Positions 16,933-26,849 are shown, counted from the first letter of the stretch. The stretch is DNA of 64,000 bases from Planctomycetota bacterium (GCA_022563885.1 JADFMM010000002.1:6786-70785), one strand, 5' to 3'. The notes: generated by a model from the sequence alone, not told the origin. Numbers and translations: made by a program.

Positions 16933-19293
16933 TCAGGCGACGGGTGTCGGGGCCTTCGGTGTTTCGCTGGCAGGTTTAGTTTTTTCCACGGGGGATGGCT
17001 CCTCTTGCTCGGCACGGTGCTTTTCCAGCAGGGCGGAACCGTCAATCACTTCCAGGAGACTGAGCAAGAAACTGAGCGTGCTCTCGGCGCCTTGGTTGAT
17101 GTTCACACCGCCGGGGAGCAGACCGTCATAGCTCCCCTGCGTACGGGCGTCGTAGAGAGGGATCTGCATGTCATTCGAGCCGAGGAACCAGTCAAATGCC
17201 TTACGTTGCAGCCTTAGGTAGTTTTGGATGCCGGTGGCATGGTAGGCCGCTCCCAGCATCAGGACCGTGCTGGCGGACTCAATGGGTTGCTGATCGAAAT
17301 AGGCCCGCTCCTGCCCCCGCTCATACCAGCCCTTGCAGCCAATGAAGCTGAAGTGCTTGGCCTTCAGGGTCTGGGCGAGTAAGAACTCGCAGGTCGTTCG
17401 GGCCGTATCCACATAGCGGTCCTTCGCCAGCGTGCGGCCCGCCAGGAAGAGTGCGTGGGGCATGACGCCATTGTCGTAGGTCAGGCTGTCCTCAAACCAC
17501 TGCCAGTCGGGATGGTTGTTCTCCTGGTACTGACAAACGAGTCCCTCCGCCGCCAACTCGAGTTGGCGTTTGATGTCACTCGCTCCGGGGAACTGCTGCA
17601 GATAGTCGCACATGCCGATGATGGCGTAGGCCATGCCGCGTGGGAATTGTCGCTGGACGTGCTCGATACAGCCATCAAAGCACTGCTTGGCAATGGAGAC
17701 ATAGGCAGGGGCCGGGGGGGTCGCCATGACGGCGCCCAAGGCCCACAGGACTCGACCCAACGCGTCACTGATCGGTTCCGGCTCCACCCAGGTCCGGTTA
17801 AAGTTCATGAGGTTGCGGATGCGTCCGCTGTTGTCCTTGGCATCCAGGATGAAGGACAGATAGATGTCCAGCAGCTTCAATGCCTGAGGATCCGCGTACT
17901 GGGCCTGGTATTTCGTCATCACGATCACCGCACGGGCGTTGTCGTCCGTGCAGTACCCGTGCTCGCGGTTGGGAAGCGTAAAGCGGGCGTGCTGATAGAG
18001 CCCGGTGTCGTCGGTGAGTCGACGCAGGTGATCCAGTGAGGGCCCCGGCAATTCGATGGGCGTCATGCTCCGGCTCTTGGAGAGCGGGCCTCTCCGCTCG
18101 GCAATGGAATCGAAGAGTTTCCAATAGACCTTGCCGATTTCCGGCCACGTCCTGGACCGTCCGTAGTCGTAGGCACGGCGGCGCAGGGCATAGAAGGTCG
18201 AATCATCCTGCAGGAGCCTGATGATGCTCTCCGCCATTTTCTCGGAATTCCCAAAGGGAACCAGCACACCCCGTTCTTCCGCCAGCAACTCGGAAGCGGC
18301 CCAGTAGGGCGTCGACACCACCGCCTTGCCGGTCCCCACCGCAAAGGAGAGGGTCCCACTGGTGAGTTGTTCTTTGCTCAAATAAGGCGTGACATAGATA
18401 TCGGCCGCACAGAGGAAATTGGCCAACTCATCGTCGCCGACGAAGCGATTGTAGAACACGACGTGTTTCTTGAGCCCCAGGTCTTTGACGAGCTGTTGCA
18501 GGTGGAACCGATAGGCTTCGCCGTCGTGCTTCAGGACGCTGGGATGGGTCATCCCCAGAACGATGTACATGACAGAGGGATCTGCCTGGATAATGGCCGG
18601 CATGGCCTTAAGCATGGTTTCGATCCCTTTGTTCTTGCTGAGCAAGCCAAAGGTCAGGATCGTACGGCGGTCTTCGAGACCAAACTCATGCTTATAGTAA
18701 CTACTGTCCACAAAGGGAAGATCCGGAATGCCGTGAGGGATCAGTTGAATCTTTTCAGCGGGGACGCCGTACACCTGCTCAAGCAACTCCACGCCTTTTT
18801 CGTTCATGGTGACGATTCGGCTTGAATAGCGACAGACGTCCAACATCGACTTCTCGTAGGCCGGCGAGGGGTCTTTCAAGACGGTATGCAGGGTGGTCAC
18901 GATGGGCGCCTTGAGACGTTCCAGCAGCAGGGTCAAATAGGCACCCGCTTCCCCTCCGAACAACCCGAACTCGTGCTGCAGCGACACGATGTCCACATGG
19001 CTGAAATTGATGTAGTCGGCCGCGCAGCCATAGTCACTACGGACGTTTTGACGGATCTCGAATTTAACGGGGTCGGCATAATCCGGATCAGTGTTCGAGC
19101 GCATCGCAACCACGAGCGGCTCAAAGAGATCTGTCGCCGCCATTGCGGTGTTGTCAATCAGGTCCGAGGTAAAGGTGGCGATGCCACATTTACGGGGGAG
19201 ATAGGATGCAATAAAGGCGACTTTCTTCTTTTGTCTCGCAGCCATCCATGCCACTCTATTTTCAGGAGAAGAACGTGTCATTACTGGGATCAA
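16933..19293 (-). CDS. GT4-family glycosyltransferase fused to a roughly 380-aa C-terminal alpha-helical domain of unknown function
   Basis: The N-terminal half has KVAFIASYLPRKCGIATFTSDL and a GT-B C-lobe (...VTPYLSKEQLTSGTLSFAVGTGKAVVSTPYWAASELL). The C-terminal half (DDNARAVIVM ... GRVLWALGAV ... YDNGVMPHALFLAG) looks like an alpha/alpha-toroid. Start is ambiguous (TTG 19293, ATG 19281 or ATG 19245). Confidence 0.75.
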   Translation of the reverse strand: MIPVMTRSSPENRVAWMAARQKKKVAFIASYLPRKCGIATFTSDLIDNTAMAATDLFEPLVVAMRSNTDPDYADPVKFEIRQNVRSDYGCAADYINFSHVDIVSLQHEFGLFGGEAGAYLTLLLERLKAPIVTTLHTVLKDPSPAYEKSMLDVCRYSSRIVTMNEKGVELLEQVYGVPAEKIQLIPHGIPDLPFVDSSYYKHEFGLEDRRTILTFGLLSKNKGIETMLKAMPAIIQADPSVMYIVLGMTHPSVLKHDGEAYRFHLQQLVKDLGLKKHVVFYNRFVGDDELANFLCAADIYVTPYLSKEQLTSGTLSFAVGTGKAVVSTPYWAASELLAEERGVLVPFGNSEKMAESIIRLLQDDSTFYALRRRAYDYGRSRTWPEIGKVYWKLFDSIAERRGPLSKSRSMTPIELPGPSLDHLRRLTDDTGLYQHARFTLPNREHGYCTDDNARAVIVMTKYQAQYADPQALKLLDIYLSFILDAKDNSGRIRNLMNFNRTWVEPEPISDALGRVLWALGAVMATPPAPAYVSIAKQCFDGCIEHVQRQFPRGMAYAIIGMCDYLQQFPGASDIKRQLELAAEGLVCQYQENNHPDWQWFEDSLTYDNGVMPHALFLAGRTLAKDRYVDTARTTCEFLLAQTLKAKHFSFIGCKGWYERGQERAYFDQQPIESASTVLMLGAAYHATGIQNYLRLQRKAFDWFLGSNDMQIPLYDARTQGSYDGLLPGGVNINQGAESTLSFLLSLLEVIDGSALLEKHRAEQEEPSPVEKTKPASETPKAPTPVA

Positions 19294-19709
19294 GTGTAGG
19301 AGGTGTCCTGGAGAATGTCAACCATTTTACCGCCGAGTCAGAGAGCTCTAAAGGCCTAATAACAGGTATTTTTATGGTGCAGTCAAAGAGATTGCCCTAG
19401 GCAAAGGCTAGGCTGGGCGGTACGATTCATGGTCGGGCTCTGTCTGCGAACTCGATCTGGTTTCCCATCGGGTCTGAGCCTTAGCGTCGAAGACGTGCGG
19501 CCCTTTCTCTTAGCTGTTCGACGCTGCTATCGCAGCAAGGGCTGCACGAAGCCAGCAGGGTTGCCCGCCCGGCTGCACCCGCTCCATCGACGATAGAACA
19601 AACATCGCCTGCTTCGCCGTCTTTGCCAGGCGAAAAAATTGTTCGCTCTCGCGCCGCCGACGGAGTTTTCAGACAGAGCCTAGTTCAACCGGCAATACTG
19701 GAGAATGCA

Positions 19710-20141
19710 ATGAAAGTATCGACCAGGACACGGTATGGCATTAGAGCGGCGATCGAATTGGCTCTGCACTACAATCAAGGCCCATTGCAACTGAGAATCA
19801 TTGCGGAGAGGCAACAGATTTCCGTGAAATACCTAGAGCAGTTGGTCGCAGTGCTGAGATCAGGAGGCATCGTACGGAGTCTCCGTGGGGCTAAGGGCGG
19901 GTATCTGCTGGCAAAGGCTCCTGACCAAGTTCGCATGAGCGACATATTTCGCTGTTTGGAAGGTACCGTGGTGGCTAGCAATGCCATCGACCCCGAGGCC
20001 CATGCCGGTCGCTCGGGTGATCATGTGGCCCAGCAGTTGTGGGCCCAGGTTGAAACGGCGGTGAACAAGGTCTTAGAGAGTGTCACGCTGCAGGATCTCT
20101 TGGAGCAGGCAGGCGACGGCGCCGAGAACTACCAGATATAG
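19710..20141 (+). CDS. Rrf2 family transcriptional regulator
   Basis: MKVSTRTRYGIRAAIELALHYNQGPLQLRIIAERQQISVKYLEQLVAVLRSGGIVRSLRGAKGGYLLAK is the Rrf2 winged helix. GGAG lies 8 nt before the ATG at 19710. It has only one Cys, so there is no IscR-type cluster ligand set. Confidence 0.88.
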   Translation: MKVSTRTRYGIRAAIELALHYNQGPLQLRIIAERQQISVKYLEQLVAVLRSGGIVRSLRGAKGGYLLAKAPDQVRMSDIFRCLEGTVVASNAIDPEAHAGRSGDHVAQQLWAQVETAVNKVLESVTLQDLLEQAGDGAENYQI

Positions 20142-20244
20142 CAGGGGGCCATTCAGTAGTCGGTAGGCAGTAATCAGTTTTACGTAACGACTGCTTACTG
20201 GATCACTGATGACTAAGGAAAAGGGCCGTCACTGGGAGATGTGA

Positions 20245-21120
20245 ATGGCAGCAGGGATCATCGATGGTCGGCAGGTGGCCGCCGACATGCGGGACGAACT
20301 TAAGCAGGAGGTGAGTAACCTGAAGGACAGGGGCATTGTCCCCGGTTTGGGTGTGGTTCTGGTTGGGGACGATCCGGCCTCGAGATCCTATGTGACCGCG
20401 AAAGAACGCGCCTGCGACGAAATCGGCATTTTCTCGGATGACCACCGTTTGTCTGCGGATACCACTCAGGAGGCCTTGGTAGCGCTGGTCCAACAGATGA
20501 ACGAAGATCCGAAGATCAACGGCATTCTGGTGCAATTGCCCCTGCCTCCACACATCGACGAAGCCGAGGTCCTGCTGGCGGTGAATCCAGACAAAGATGT
20601 CGATGGTTTCCATCCGATGAACGTGGGGCGCATGGTCGTGGGCCAGGAGGCCTTTTTGCCCTGCACACCCCATGGGGTGGTACAGTTGTTGGTTCGTAGC
20701 AATGTCACCCTGCAGGGTGCCGACGTCGTCATCGTGGGTCGTAGCAATATCGTAGGAAAGCCCTTGGCCAATATGCTGATGCAAAAGAGCAAGACGGGCA
20801 ACGCCACCGTCACGGTCTGCCACACGCACACGAAGGACATGACTTCCTACACCCGCAGGGCAGATATCCTAATTGTCGCGGTTGGACGGCCCAGCACCAT
20901 CGGAGCAGACATGGTCAAAGAGGGCGTGGTGGTGATCGACGTAGGGGTCAACCGCGTGGAGGATGCCAGCAAAAAACGCGGTTACCGCCTAGTGGGTGAC
21001 GTGGACTTCGAAGGGGTCAAAGAGAAGGCTTCGCTCATTACGCCGGTCCCCGGCGGCGTCGGTCCCATGACGATCACCATGTTACTGCACAACACGGTCG
21101 AGTCGGCCAAGCGAAGATAG
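20245..21120 (+). CDS. folD: Bifunctional methylenetetrahydrofolate dehydrogenase / methenyltetrahydrofolate cyclohydrolase
   Basis: IIDGRQVA, LVGDDPASRSYV, ILVQLPLP, VVIVGRSNIVGKPLA, PVPGGVGPMT. Confidence 0.95.
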   Translation: MAAGIIDGRQVAADMRDELKQEVSNLKDRGIVPGLGVVLVGDDPASRSYVTAKERACDEIGIFSDDHRLSADTTQEALVALVQQMNEDPKINGILVQLPLPPHIDEAEVLLAVNPDKDVDGFHPMNVGRMVVGQEAFLPCTPHGVVQLLVRSNVTLQGADVVIVGRSNIVGKPLANMLMQKSKTGNATVTVCHTHTKDMTSYTRRADILIVAVGRPSTIGADMVKEGVVVIDVGVNRVEDASKKRGYRLVGDVDFEGVKEKASLITPVPGGVGPMTITMLLHNTVESAKRR

Positions 21121-21124
21121 TAAT

Positions 21125-21185
21125 CAGTGATCAGTGCTCAGTAAACAGTAGTCAGTCGAGAACTCGCACCGATTGCTGATCACTG
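21125..21185. repeat. 10-bp perfect inverted repeat spanning the folD / TPR-gene convergent spacer (possible bidirectional terminator)
   Basis: CAGTGATCAG (21125-21134) and CTGATCACTG (21176-21185) are exact reverse complements. They bracket 41 nt of CAGT-rich sequence. No U-tract follows on either strand. Confidence 0.5.
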
Positions 21186-21188
21186 GCT

Positions 21189-22919
21189 TTACTGCCCCGC
21201 AGCGGAGGCGATGGTGCTATACAGGTCTTGTTTCACTTCGACGCCGAGTTGCTTTGCCCTCTTGAGGTGCGTCCAGGCGATTCGGTAGTCGCCTCGGTTG
21301 TAATAGGTCACGGCCAGGGCAAAATGGGCGTCACCGAGGGAGGCATCCTGCGCTAGGGCCTTCTTGAAGTGATCGATGGCGGTGTCGACTTCGTCTAGTT
21401 CGATATAGGCCGCTCCCAGATAGTAAGACAGCCGCGGATCGCCATCATCGACGGCGAGTGCCTGGGAGTATACATGAACGGCGCTGGCGTAGTCCTCGAT
21501 CACCGTATAGGCAGATGCCAGGTTGATCAGGGCGGCATACAGGCTTGGGTCCGTTGTCAGGATTCTGCGGTAGGCCTTGATCTCTGCGTGATGGTCCCCC
21601 AGTTTGTTGTAGCATAGCGCCAGTGCAAAGGAGGCTTGCTGGTTGTCGGGGTCCAGGGCGAGCATCCGCTGGTATGATTTCATAGCCTCGCGAGTGTTGC
21701 CCAATTCCTCATAACAGGTCCCCTGGGCATAGAGGGCGGGAATGTGGCTTCCATCCATAGACAGCGTCTTGCGGAAGAGTCGCAGAGCCCGGTCAGAGTT
21801 TCCACAGGCCTGGTAAATGCCGGCCATATCGAAGTAAAAATCGGCATTATCCGGGAATAGGTCCGTGGCCTCCTCGAGCAGCAGCTTTGCCTTTTGGTGG
21901 AGACCGCGACGGCTGAGAACCTGTGCCAATTGGGAATACGCATTGGCGTAGGAACTGTCCAATTCGAGGCTTCTGGCCAAGTGGGACTGAGCCGGGGCCA
22001 GTTGGTCTAACTGGGCGTAGGAATATCCCAGATTATAGTGAACGATGTGATCATTGGGATTGATTTCCAAGGCGCCCTTGAACTGAATGATGGCCTCTCG
22101 AACCTCGCCGCGGCGCAGATAGATGGTGCCCATATTAGCTCTCGACTCAGAGAGCATGGGATTGATTTGCACGGCTCGATCCAGGGCAGTAAGCGCCTTT
22201 CTATGTTGTCCCGCATCCATGTAAACCACACCGAGGTTATTGAGGAGGCACCCCAGGGTTTCCATTTCGGTCAAGTTTTTCATGTAGAGACTATGGTACT
22301 CGTCGGCAGGCACATTGCGCGTCGTGATGTAGTGTTGGTCCGAGGCCTTCCCCCCCTTGGCCGTGGTCTCGATATTGAGTCGCACGGCCCTGCTATCATA
22401 GCGCACGAAGAAGTGACCCGGAACAACCACGCCGCATACCGGCAAGCCCACCCGTTCGGCGAGTGCCAGGTAGAGAATCGAGAGGCTCAGACAGTAGCCC
22501 TTGCGCTTGTCCAAGACCGAATGCAGAAAGAGGTCGTCCGGGTTGTCGGCGTTGGGCACGGCTGAAAAGCCCAGTTCTTCAAACAGGTAGTGGTTGATGA
22601 TGGGAATGGCCTTGAAGTTGGGGCGCAGGTTTTTCTCTTTGAGGCGTCTCAGGATCTCCTGCGCCATTTCATCCAACTGGGCGCGATAGTGCAGCCCACT
22701 CACGCCGTCGCTCCACTCCTCGGAGATGATCAGCGCCGCCGTTCCGATATCGATCTGATCGTCTCGATAGCGGAGGATGTCCTCGAAGGAGCGAGCATGC
22801 AGGCCCCGTTTGTTCGCATTGGCCAGGTGCGCACTTTCGGCCGGCAGAGTAGAGAAGAGGCAGGTCGCTAGGGCGACACAAAAGGCGAACAGACGCGCTG
22901 CTTGATCTCTCTTCATCAC
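21189..22919 (-). CDS. Secreted transglutaminase-like (SirB1-N type) + TPR repeat protein
   Basis: Signal peptide; KGYCLSLSILYLALAERVGLPVCGVVVPGHFFVRY (transglutaminase-like / UPF0162-type core); then about 9 TPR units (...AIIQFKGALEINPND...). Confidence 0.75.
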   Translation of the reverse strand: MMKRDQAARLFAFCVALATCLFSTLPAESAHLANANKRGLHARSFEDILRYRDDQIDIGTAALIISEEWSDGVSGLHYRAQLDEMAQEILRRLKEKNLRPNFKAIPIINHYLFEELGFSAVPNADNPDDLFLHSVLDKRKGYCLSLSILYLALAERVGLPVCGVVVPGHFFVRYDSRAVRLNIETTAKGGKASDQHYITTRNVPADEYHSLYMKNLTEMETLGCLLNNLGVVYMDAGQHRKALTALDRAVQINPMLSESRANMGTIYLRRGEVREAIIQFKGALEINPNDHIVHYNLGYSYAQLDQLAPAQSHLARSLELDSSYANAYSQLAQVLSRRGLHQKAKLLLEEATDLFPDNADFYFDMAGIYQACGNSDRALRLFRKTLSMDGSHIPALYAQGTCYEELGNTREAMKSYQRMLALDPDNQQASFALALCYNKLGDHHAEIKAYRRILTTDPSLYAALINLASAYTVIEDYASAVHVYSQALAVDDGDPRLSYYLGAAYIELDEVDTAIDHFKKALAQDASLGDAHFALAVTYYNRGDYRIAWTHLKRAKQLGVEVKQDLYSTIASAAGQ

Positions 22920-23363
22920 GGGCTCAACTTATTTCTTGCTGCTTCCTCATCTCGAGGATTTTCTAGACTTTACGTCCATCATCGTCTTTCGGTTTGTCAT
23001 GGTCCATGAGATTCTTGCAAACGGGGCGGTGTACCGTCCCGCGCTCCTGGTATCACAGTCTATACTTCTAGCTTGGAAAGGACAACACCAACTCTGTTAA
23101 GCCCCGGCAGGGAGACTGTAAGGCTTTTAAAAATAGACGCTTATGTTCTCTCCCGCCGGTCATTAGGGTTTGCAACGTTCGGCAGGGGGATGGGGTTGTG
23201 CTCTCAGTGAATCGCGAAGACGGCCGGTGTAGCGCGGAAACCCATTTTGATGGGAGCGGTCTGGGCACGAATTCTATGGGACCCCGGGCTCGGTCTAAAA
23301 ACTCGATCATTTAATTATGCGCAGTTCCCGAGTCCTCCTCATGCCGCACAGAGCCCTCATTCT

Positions 23364-23687
23364 CTACTTACCGGAATCGGCCAGACCGAGGCGTTGCAAC
23401 AGTTCCGGTTCCGTCAGGCCCGAGATCTCCAGCCGTTTTACCGGATTCGTCTGGCCGGACACGATGGCGATGGTCTTCGACTTGATGTTCAGTTGCTCTG
23501 CCAAAAAATCAATCAGGCACCGATTGGCCTTGCCCTTTTCAGGGGGGGCAGCGACCTTGACCTTGAGCGCTTCATCCAAGAGCCCCGCGAACGCGGTCCG
23601 ACGACTGCCCGGGACGATCTTGACGGAGAAGACAAGGCCTTGGGCCGTGTGATGGATGGCTAGCGGGGCCACGGGTTCAACTGGCAC
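23364..23687 (-). CDS. DUF167 (YggU) family protein
   Basis: VKIVPGSRRTAFAGLLDEALKVKVAAPPEKGKANRCLIDFLAEQL...IAIVSGQTNPVKRLEISG matches the YggU/DUF167 pattern. Confidence 0.8.
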   Translation of the reverse strand: MPVEPVAPLAIHHTAQGLVFSVKIVPGSRRTAFAGLLDEALKVKVAAPPEKGKANRCLIDFLAEQLNIKSKTIAIVSGQTNPVKRLEISGLTEPELLQRLGLADSGK

Positions 23688-23692
23688 TGCAT

Positions 23693-23995
23693 TTAATCCA
23701 CTTCTTCCCGCAGGTTGGAGCCGACGGCCAGTTGTACGTACTTTTCGATCTGATCCGCCAATTCCCCAATCACCGGCAGCTGAAAGTCCTCGTAATGGCC
23801 GGAGAAAAACTCACCATCCAGGGCCTTCTTGAAGATCTTCACCCGGATGATTGGCGCATCGACTGCCGTCCGAGTGAAGTCATTGTCGTGATGCTCGGTC
23901 AGCTCCACGCGCCAGTCCTCGCTAATGAAAACCATGCAGCGGCCGGTGAACACCGCGGTGGGAAAGTATTCTCGAAGTGCCCTGAGGAGTTCCAT
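23693..23995 (-). CDS. Hypothetical protein (100 aa)
   Basis: ORF tightly packed (5-9 nt gaps) between pyrD and the DUF167 gene on the same strand. No motif recognised. Confidence 0.5.
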   Translation of the reverse strand: MELLRALREYFPTAVFTGRCMVFISEDWRVELTEHHDNDFTRTAVDAPIIRVKIFKKALDGEFFSGHYEDFQLPVIGELADQIEKYVQLAVGSNLREEVD

Positions 23996-24004
23996 CCTAT
24001 CGTC

Positions 24005-24946
24005 TCACTCAAGCGAGCCAATGAGTTCGGTCACATCCGTGATGTGCTGACGGTCGCAGAAAACGCGGATCCCCTCGATGACTGCCGCCGCGCAGGCCGG
24101 ATCGACGAAGCTGGCCGTCCCCACGGCCACCGCGGAGGCGCCTGCCATCATGAATTCAATGGCGTCCGAGGCCGTGCGTATGCCCCCCATGCCCAAGATC
24201 GGGACATCGGTCCCCTTGGTCACGCCGTTGTAGACGCGATTCACCAGATAGACGGCAATCGGTTTAATGGCCGGCCCCGACAGGCCGCCGGTGCGGTCGG
24301 CCAGGAGCGGCCGTCGCGTCTCGATATCGATGACCATAGCGGTGAAGGTGTTGACCAGGCTCAGGGCATCGGCCCCTCCCTCGACCGCGGCCTGTGCCGT
24401 GACACGGATATCCGTCACCGTAGGGGTCAGTTTGACGATGAGCACCTTGCCGTGCGTCACCTCCTTGACGGCCGAGGTGATTTCCTCGACTTGCACGGGA
24501 TCGGTGCCGAAGCTGATTCCTCCCTTTTTGACATTGGGGCAGCTAATATTTAGTTCAAAACCAGCGATGGCTCGCTCCCTGGCCAAACGCTCCGTCACGG
24601 CCACATAGTCCTCAATGGTCGTCCCCGCGATATTCACAAAAATAGCCACCCCCGCCTCGGCCATCGCCTCCAGGGTCGGGATTTTTTCCGCGACAAAGCG
24701 ATCCAATCCCACATTGGCCAGGCCGATGGTATTGAGCATGCCCGCATCGGTCTCCACCACCCGTGGAGTCGGATTGCCCCTTCTCGGCCGGATGCTGATG
24801 CTCTTGGTGACAAACCCGCCCAGGGCATTCACATCCATGAAGTCACCCAACTCATCGCTGTAGCCCGAGGTCCCAGAGGCCGTCATCACGGGGTTCTTCA
24901 GCCGCAGACCGGCAAAATCGACCTGTACACTTGTCTCTGTCATCAT
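24005..24946 (-). CDS. pyrD: Dihydroorotate dehydrogenase, class 1 catalytic subunit
   Basis: VDFAGLRLKNPVMTASGTSGY, NTIGLAN, NISCPNV, GGLSGPAIKP, GMGGI. Start set at the ATGATG at 24946, preceded by AGGAGA. The 90-codon upstream extension of the ORF has no DHOD homology. Confidence 0.9.
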   Translation of the reverse strand: MMTETSVQVDFAGLRLKNPVMTASGTSGYSDELGDFMDVNALGGFVTKSISIRPRRGNPTPRVVETDAGMLNTIGLANVGLDRFVAEKIPTLEAMAEAGVAIFVNIAGTTIEDYVAVTERLARERAIAGFELNISCPNVKKGGISFGTDPVQVEEITSAVKEVTHGKVLIVKLTPTVTDIRVTAQAAVEGGADALSLVNTFTAMVIDIETRRPLLADRTGGLSGPAIKPIAVYLVNRVYNGVTKGTDVPILGMGGIRTASDAIEFMMAGASAVAVGTASFVDPACAAAVIEGIRVFCDRQHITDVTELIGSLE

Positions 24947-25351
24947 CGTGTCTCCTGAGATACCAGAAATCTCTTTGAAACACAACTTGGGGATTTTGGA
25001 TTTTGGGAACGCTCCAAGCCGACGGTCATGTGGAGTGGGGAGGCGGTAGCCCTCAATCGGCAATCCAGAATCCGATATGCGAACATCGCCTACCTCGTTG
25101 GATTTGCAGTGGGCGACATCGAGACGGGCGCAATCGCGGAGATTCGCCGGCTCCCACCGGTCGAAAGGACGCGGCATTGGGACAAGGCCAAGGTCGGCTT
25201 GCCCCATGGCGATCATCCCTTCGCCATGGGATCGCGGTTCGTCCGAGAGATGGCGTTGCCAAGCGAGTCAGCGGTCAAATGGAGGGTGTTTATGGTTTAA
25301 GGATCCTCGTATCAGCAGCCGAAGCCGCACCGGTCCCATAGTGTCTGCTGT

Positions 25352-26791
25352 TCATGCGATGATCTCCTTCACCACGCGGCCGTGGACATCGGTCAAGCGA
25401 AAGTCTCGTCCCTGGAAGCGATGGGTCAGGCGTTCATGATCTAGGCCGAGCAGATGGAGCACGGTGGCGTTGAGATCGTGAACATGGACTGGGTTTTCTG
25501 TGATGCTGTAGCCAAATTCATCCGTCGCTCCGAAGCTGATGCCCCGTTTGACCCCGCCGCCGGCCAACCAGACGGTAAAGGCCTCCTTGTGATGGTCCCG
25601 TCCCGGCTTGGTCTTCTTCCCGGCGCCGGAATCGGTCTGTTGCATGGGCGTGCGGCCGAACTCGCTGCCCCAGATCACCAAGGTGTCGTCGAGGAGTCCC
25701 CGTTGCTTGAGGTCGGTGATCAGGGCCGCCATGGCCCGGTCGACCTGGCGACACTTTGCCGGGAGCCGTTGGGCAAGGTTGGAATGATGGTCCCAATCGG
25801 CATCGTAGAGTTCGACCACACGGACGCCGCGTTCGACCAGGCGACGGGCCAACAGACAGTTCGTGGCAAAGGACGCTTTGTCCGCTTGGATGCCGTAGAG
25901 GTCAAGCGTCCGTCGGCCTTCGGTCGTCACATCGGCCAACTCCGGAATGCTCGTTTGCATGCGAAAGGCCATTTCGTACTGGGCGATGCGGGTGGCGATC
26001 TCGGGATCACCGAGCACGTCGAGCCGCTGCTGGTTAAGCCGACGAATCGTGTCGAGCACACGACGACGGTCGCGCTTGTCGAGATCGGTGGGATTCTTCA
26101 GATAGAAGACCGGTTCCTCGCCGCTGCGGAACTGGACGCCCTGATAGAGCGGGGGCAGGAAACCGGCGGCCCACAGGTTCGCACCCGCGCCGGCCAGGCG
26201 TCCGCTTTGCAGGACGATGTAGGCGGGTAGATCACGATTCGCGGTGCCGAGCCCGTAGGTCACCCAAGAGCCGAAGCCCGGCCGCCCCAAGCGACCGAAT
26301 CCCGTGTGGAGGAAGAGCTGTGCGGGGGCGTGGTTGATCTCGTCCGTATGGAGTGAACGCACGATGCACAACTCATCCGCAACCTGCGACAAATGGGGCA
26401 GCAGTTCCGAAAGACTGGCGCCGCTTTGGCCGTGACGCGCAAAGGCATAGCGCGATGAGGCCAGACGGGGATGGCCCCGCAGAAAGGCAAATCGTTTCCC
26501 CTCGATAAATCTGTCGGGACAGAGTTCGCCATCCCATTTCTCGAGTTCGGGCTTGTGTTCGAATAAATCAAGCTGTGAGGGGGCGCCGACCATGTGCAGA
26601 TAGATCACCGATTTCGCCCGTGGGACGAAGTGGGGTGGCTGTGCTCCCAGTGAGTCGTTGGCGAGCGAGGCATGACTGCGCTCCGACAGCAGCGTATCCA
26701 GCATGGCTGCACCGAATCCAATCCCGCTACCACGCAAGAAAGCTCGGCGGTTTAGCAAGTCGGTAAGTTGAGAGGGTGGATCGTTCATCAT
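25352..26791 (-). CDS. DUF1501 domain protein (sulfatase-fold, Tat-signal)
   Basis: Tat motif NRRAFLRGSGIGFGAAML and DUF1501-type motifs (HTDEINHAP..., GSEFGRTP, GRDHH). Start is ambiguous. The ATG at 26791 is preferred over 26821, which sits inside the 44-bp repeat. Confidence 0.85.
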   Translation of the reverse strand: MMNDPPSQLTDLLNRRAFLRGSGIGFGAAMLDTLLSERSHASLANDSLGAQPPHFVPRAKSVIYLHMVGAPSQLDLFEHKPELEKWDGELCPDRFIEGKRFAFLRGHPRLASSRYAFARHGQSGASLSELLPHLSQVADELCIVRSLHTDEINHAPAQLFLHTGFGRLGRPGFGSWVTYGLGTANRDLPAYIVLQSGRLAGAGANLWAAGFLPPLYQGVQFRSGEEPVFYLKNPTDLDKRDRRRVLDTIRRLNQQRLDVLGDPEIATRIAQYEMAFRMQTSIPELADVTTEGRRTLDLYGIQADKASFATNCLLARRLVERGVRVVELYDADWDHHSNLAQRLPAKCRQVDRAMAALITDLKQRGLLDDTLVIWGSEFGRTPMQQTDSGAGKKTKPGRDHHKEAFTVWLAGGGVKRGISFGATDEFGYSITENPVHVHDLNATVLHLLGLDHERLTHRFQGRDFRLTDVHGRVVKEIIA

Positions 26792-26797
26792 GCTACG

Positions 26798-26841
26798 AGA
26801 GTGCCTATCAAAATAAGCCATTTGAATGCAGAGTCATTTTG
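26798..26841 (+). repeat. Copy B (uninterrupted) of the 44-bp element
   Basis: AGAGTGCCTATCAAAATAAGCCATTTGAATGCAGAGTCATTTTG matches 43 of 44 positions of the split copy at 1776-1792 + 1895-1921. Confidence 0.85.
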
Positions 26842-26849
26842 TTCGGTGC

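Noticed and set aside
22920-23363. 444-bp gene-free region, scanned for tmRNA, RNase P, SRP, 6S or riboswitch signatures. It contains an 11-bp interrupted inverted repeat, CCGGCAGGGAGA (23103-23114) / TCTCCCGCCGG (23148-23158).
   Set aside because: I could recognise no conserved RNA-family motif (no GGTTCGA T-loop, no RNase P GAGGAAAGUCC, no B12 box). The 80-aa ORF at 23068-23310 has no coding character. It is left unannotated pending an Rfam scan.
24947-25216. 90-codon N-terminal extension of the pyrD ORF.
   Set aside because: Class 1 DHOD proteins start close to the ...FAGL.L.NP motif. The ATGATG at 24946 has an AGGAGA Shine-Dalgarno sequence. The extension has no recognisable domain.
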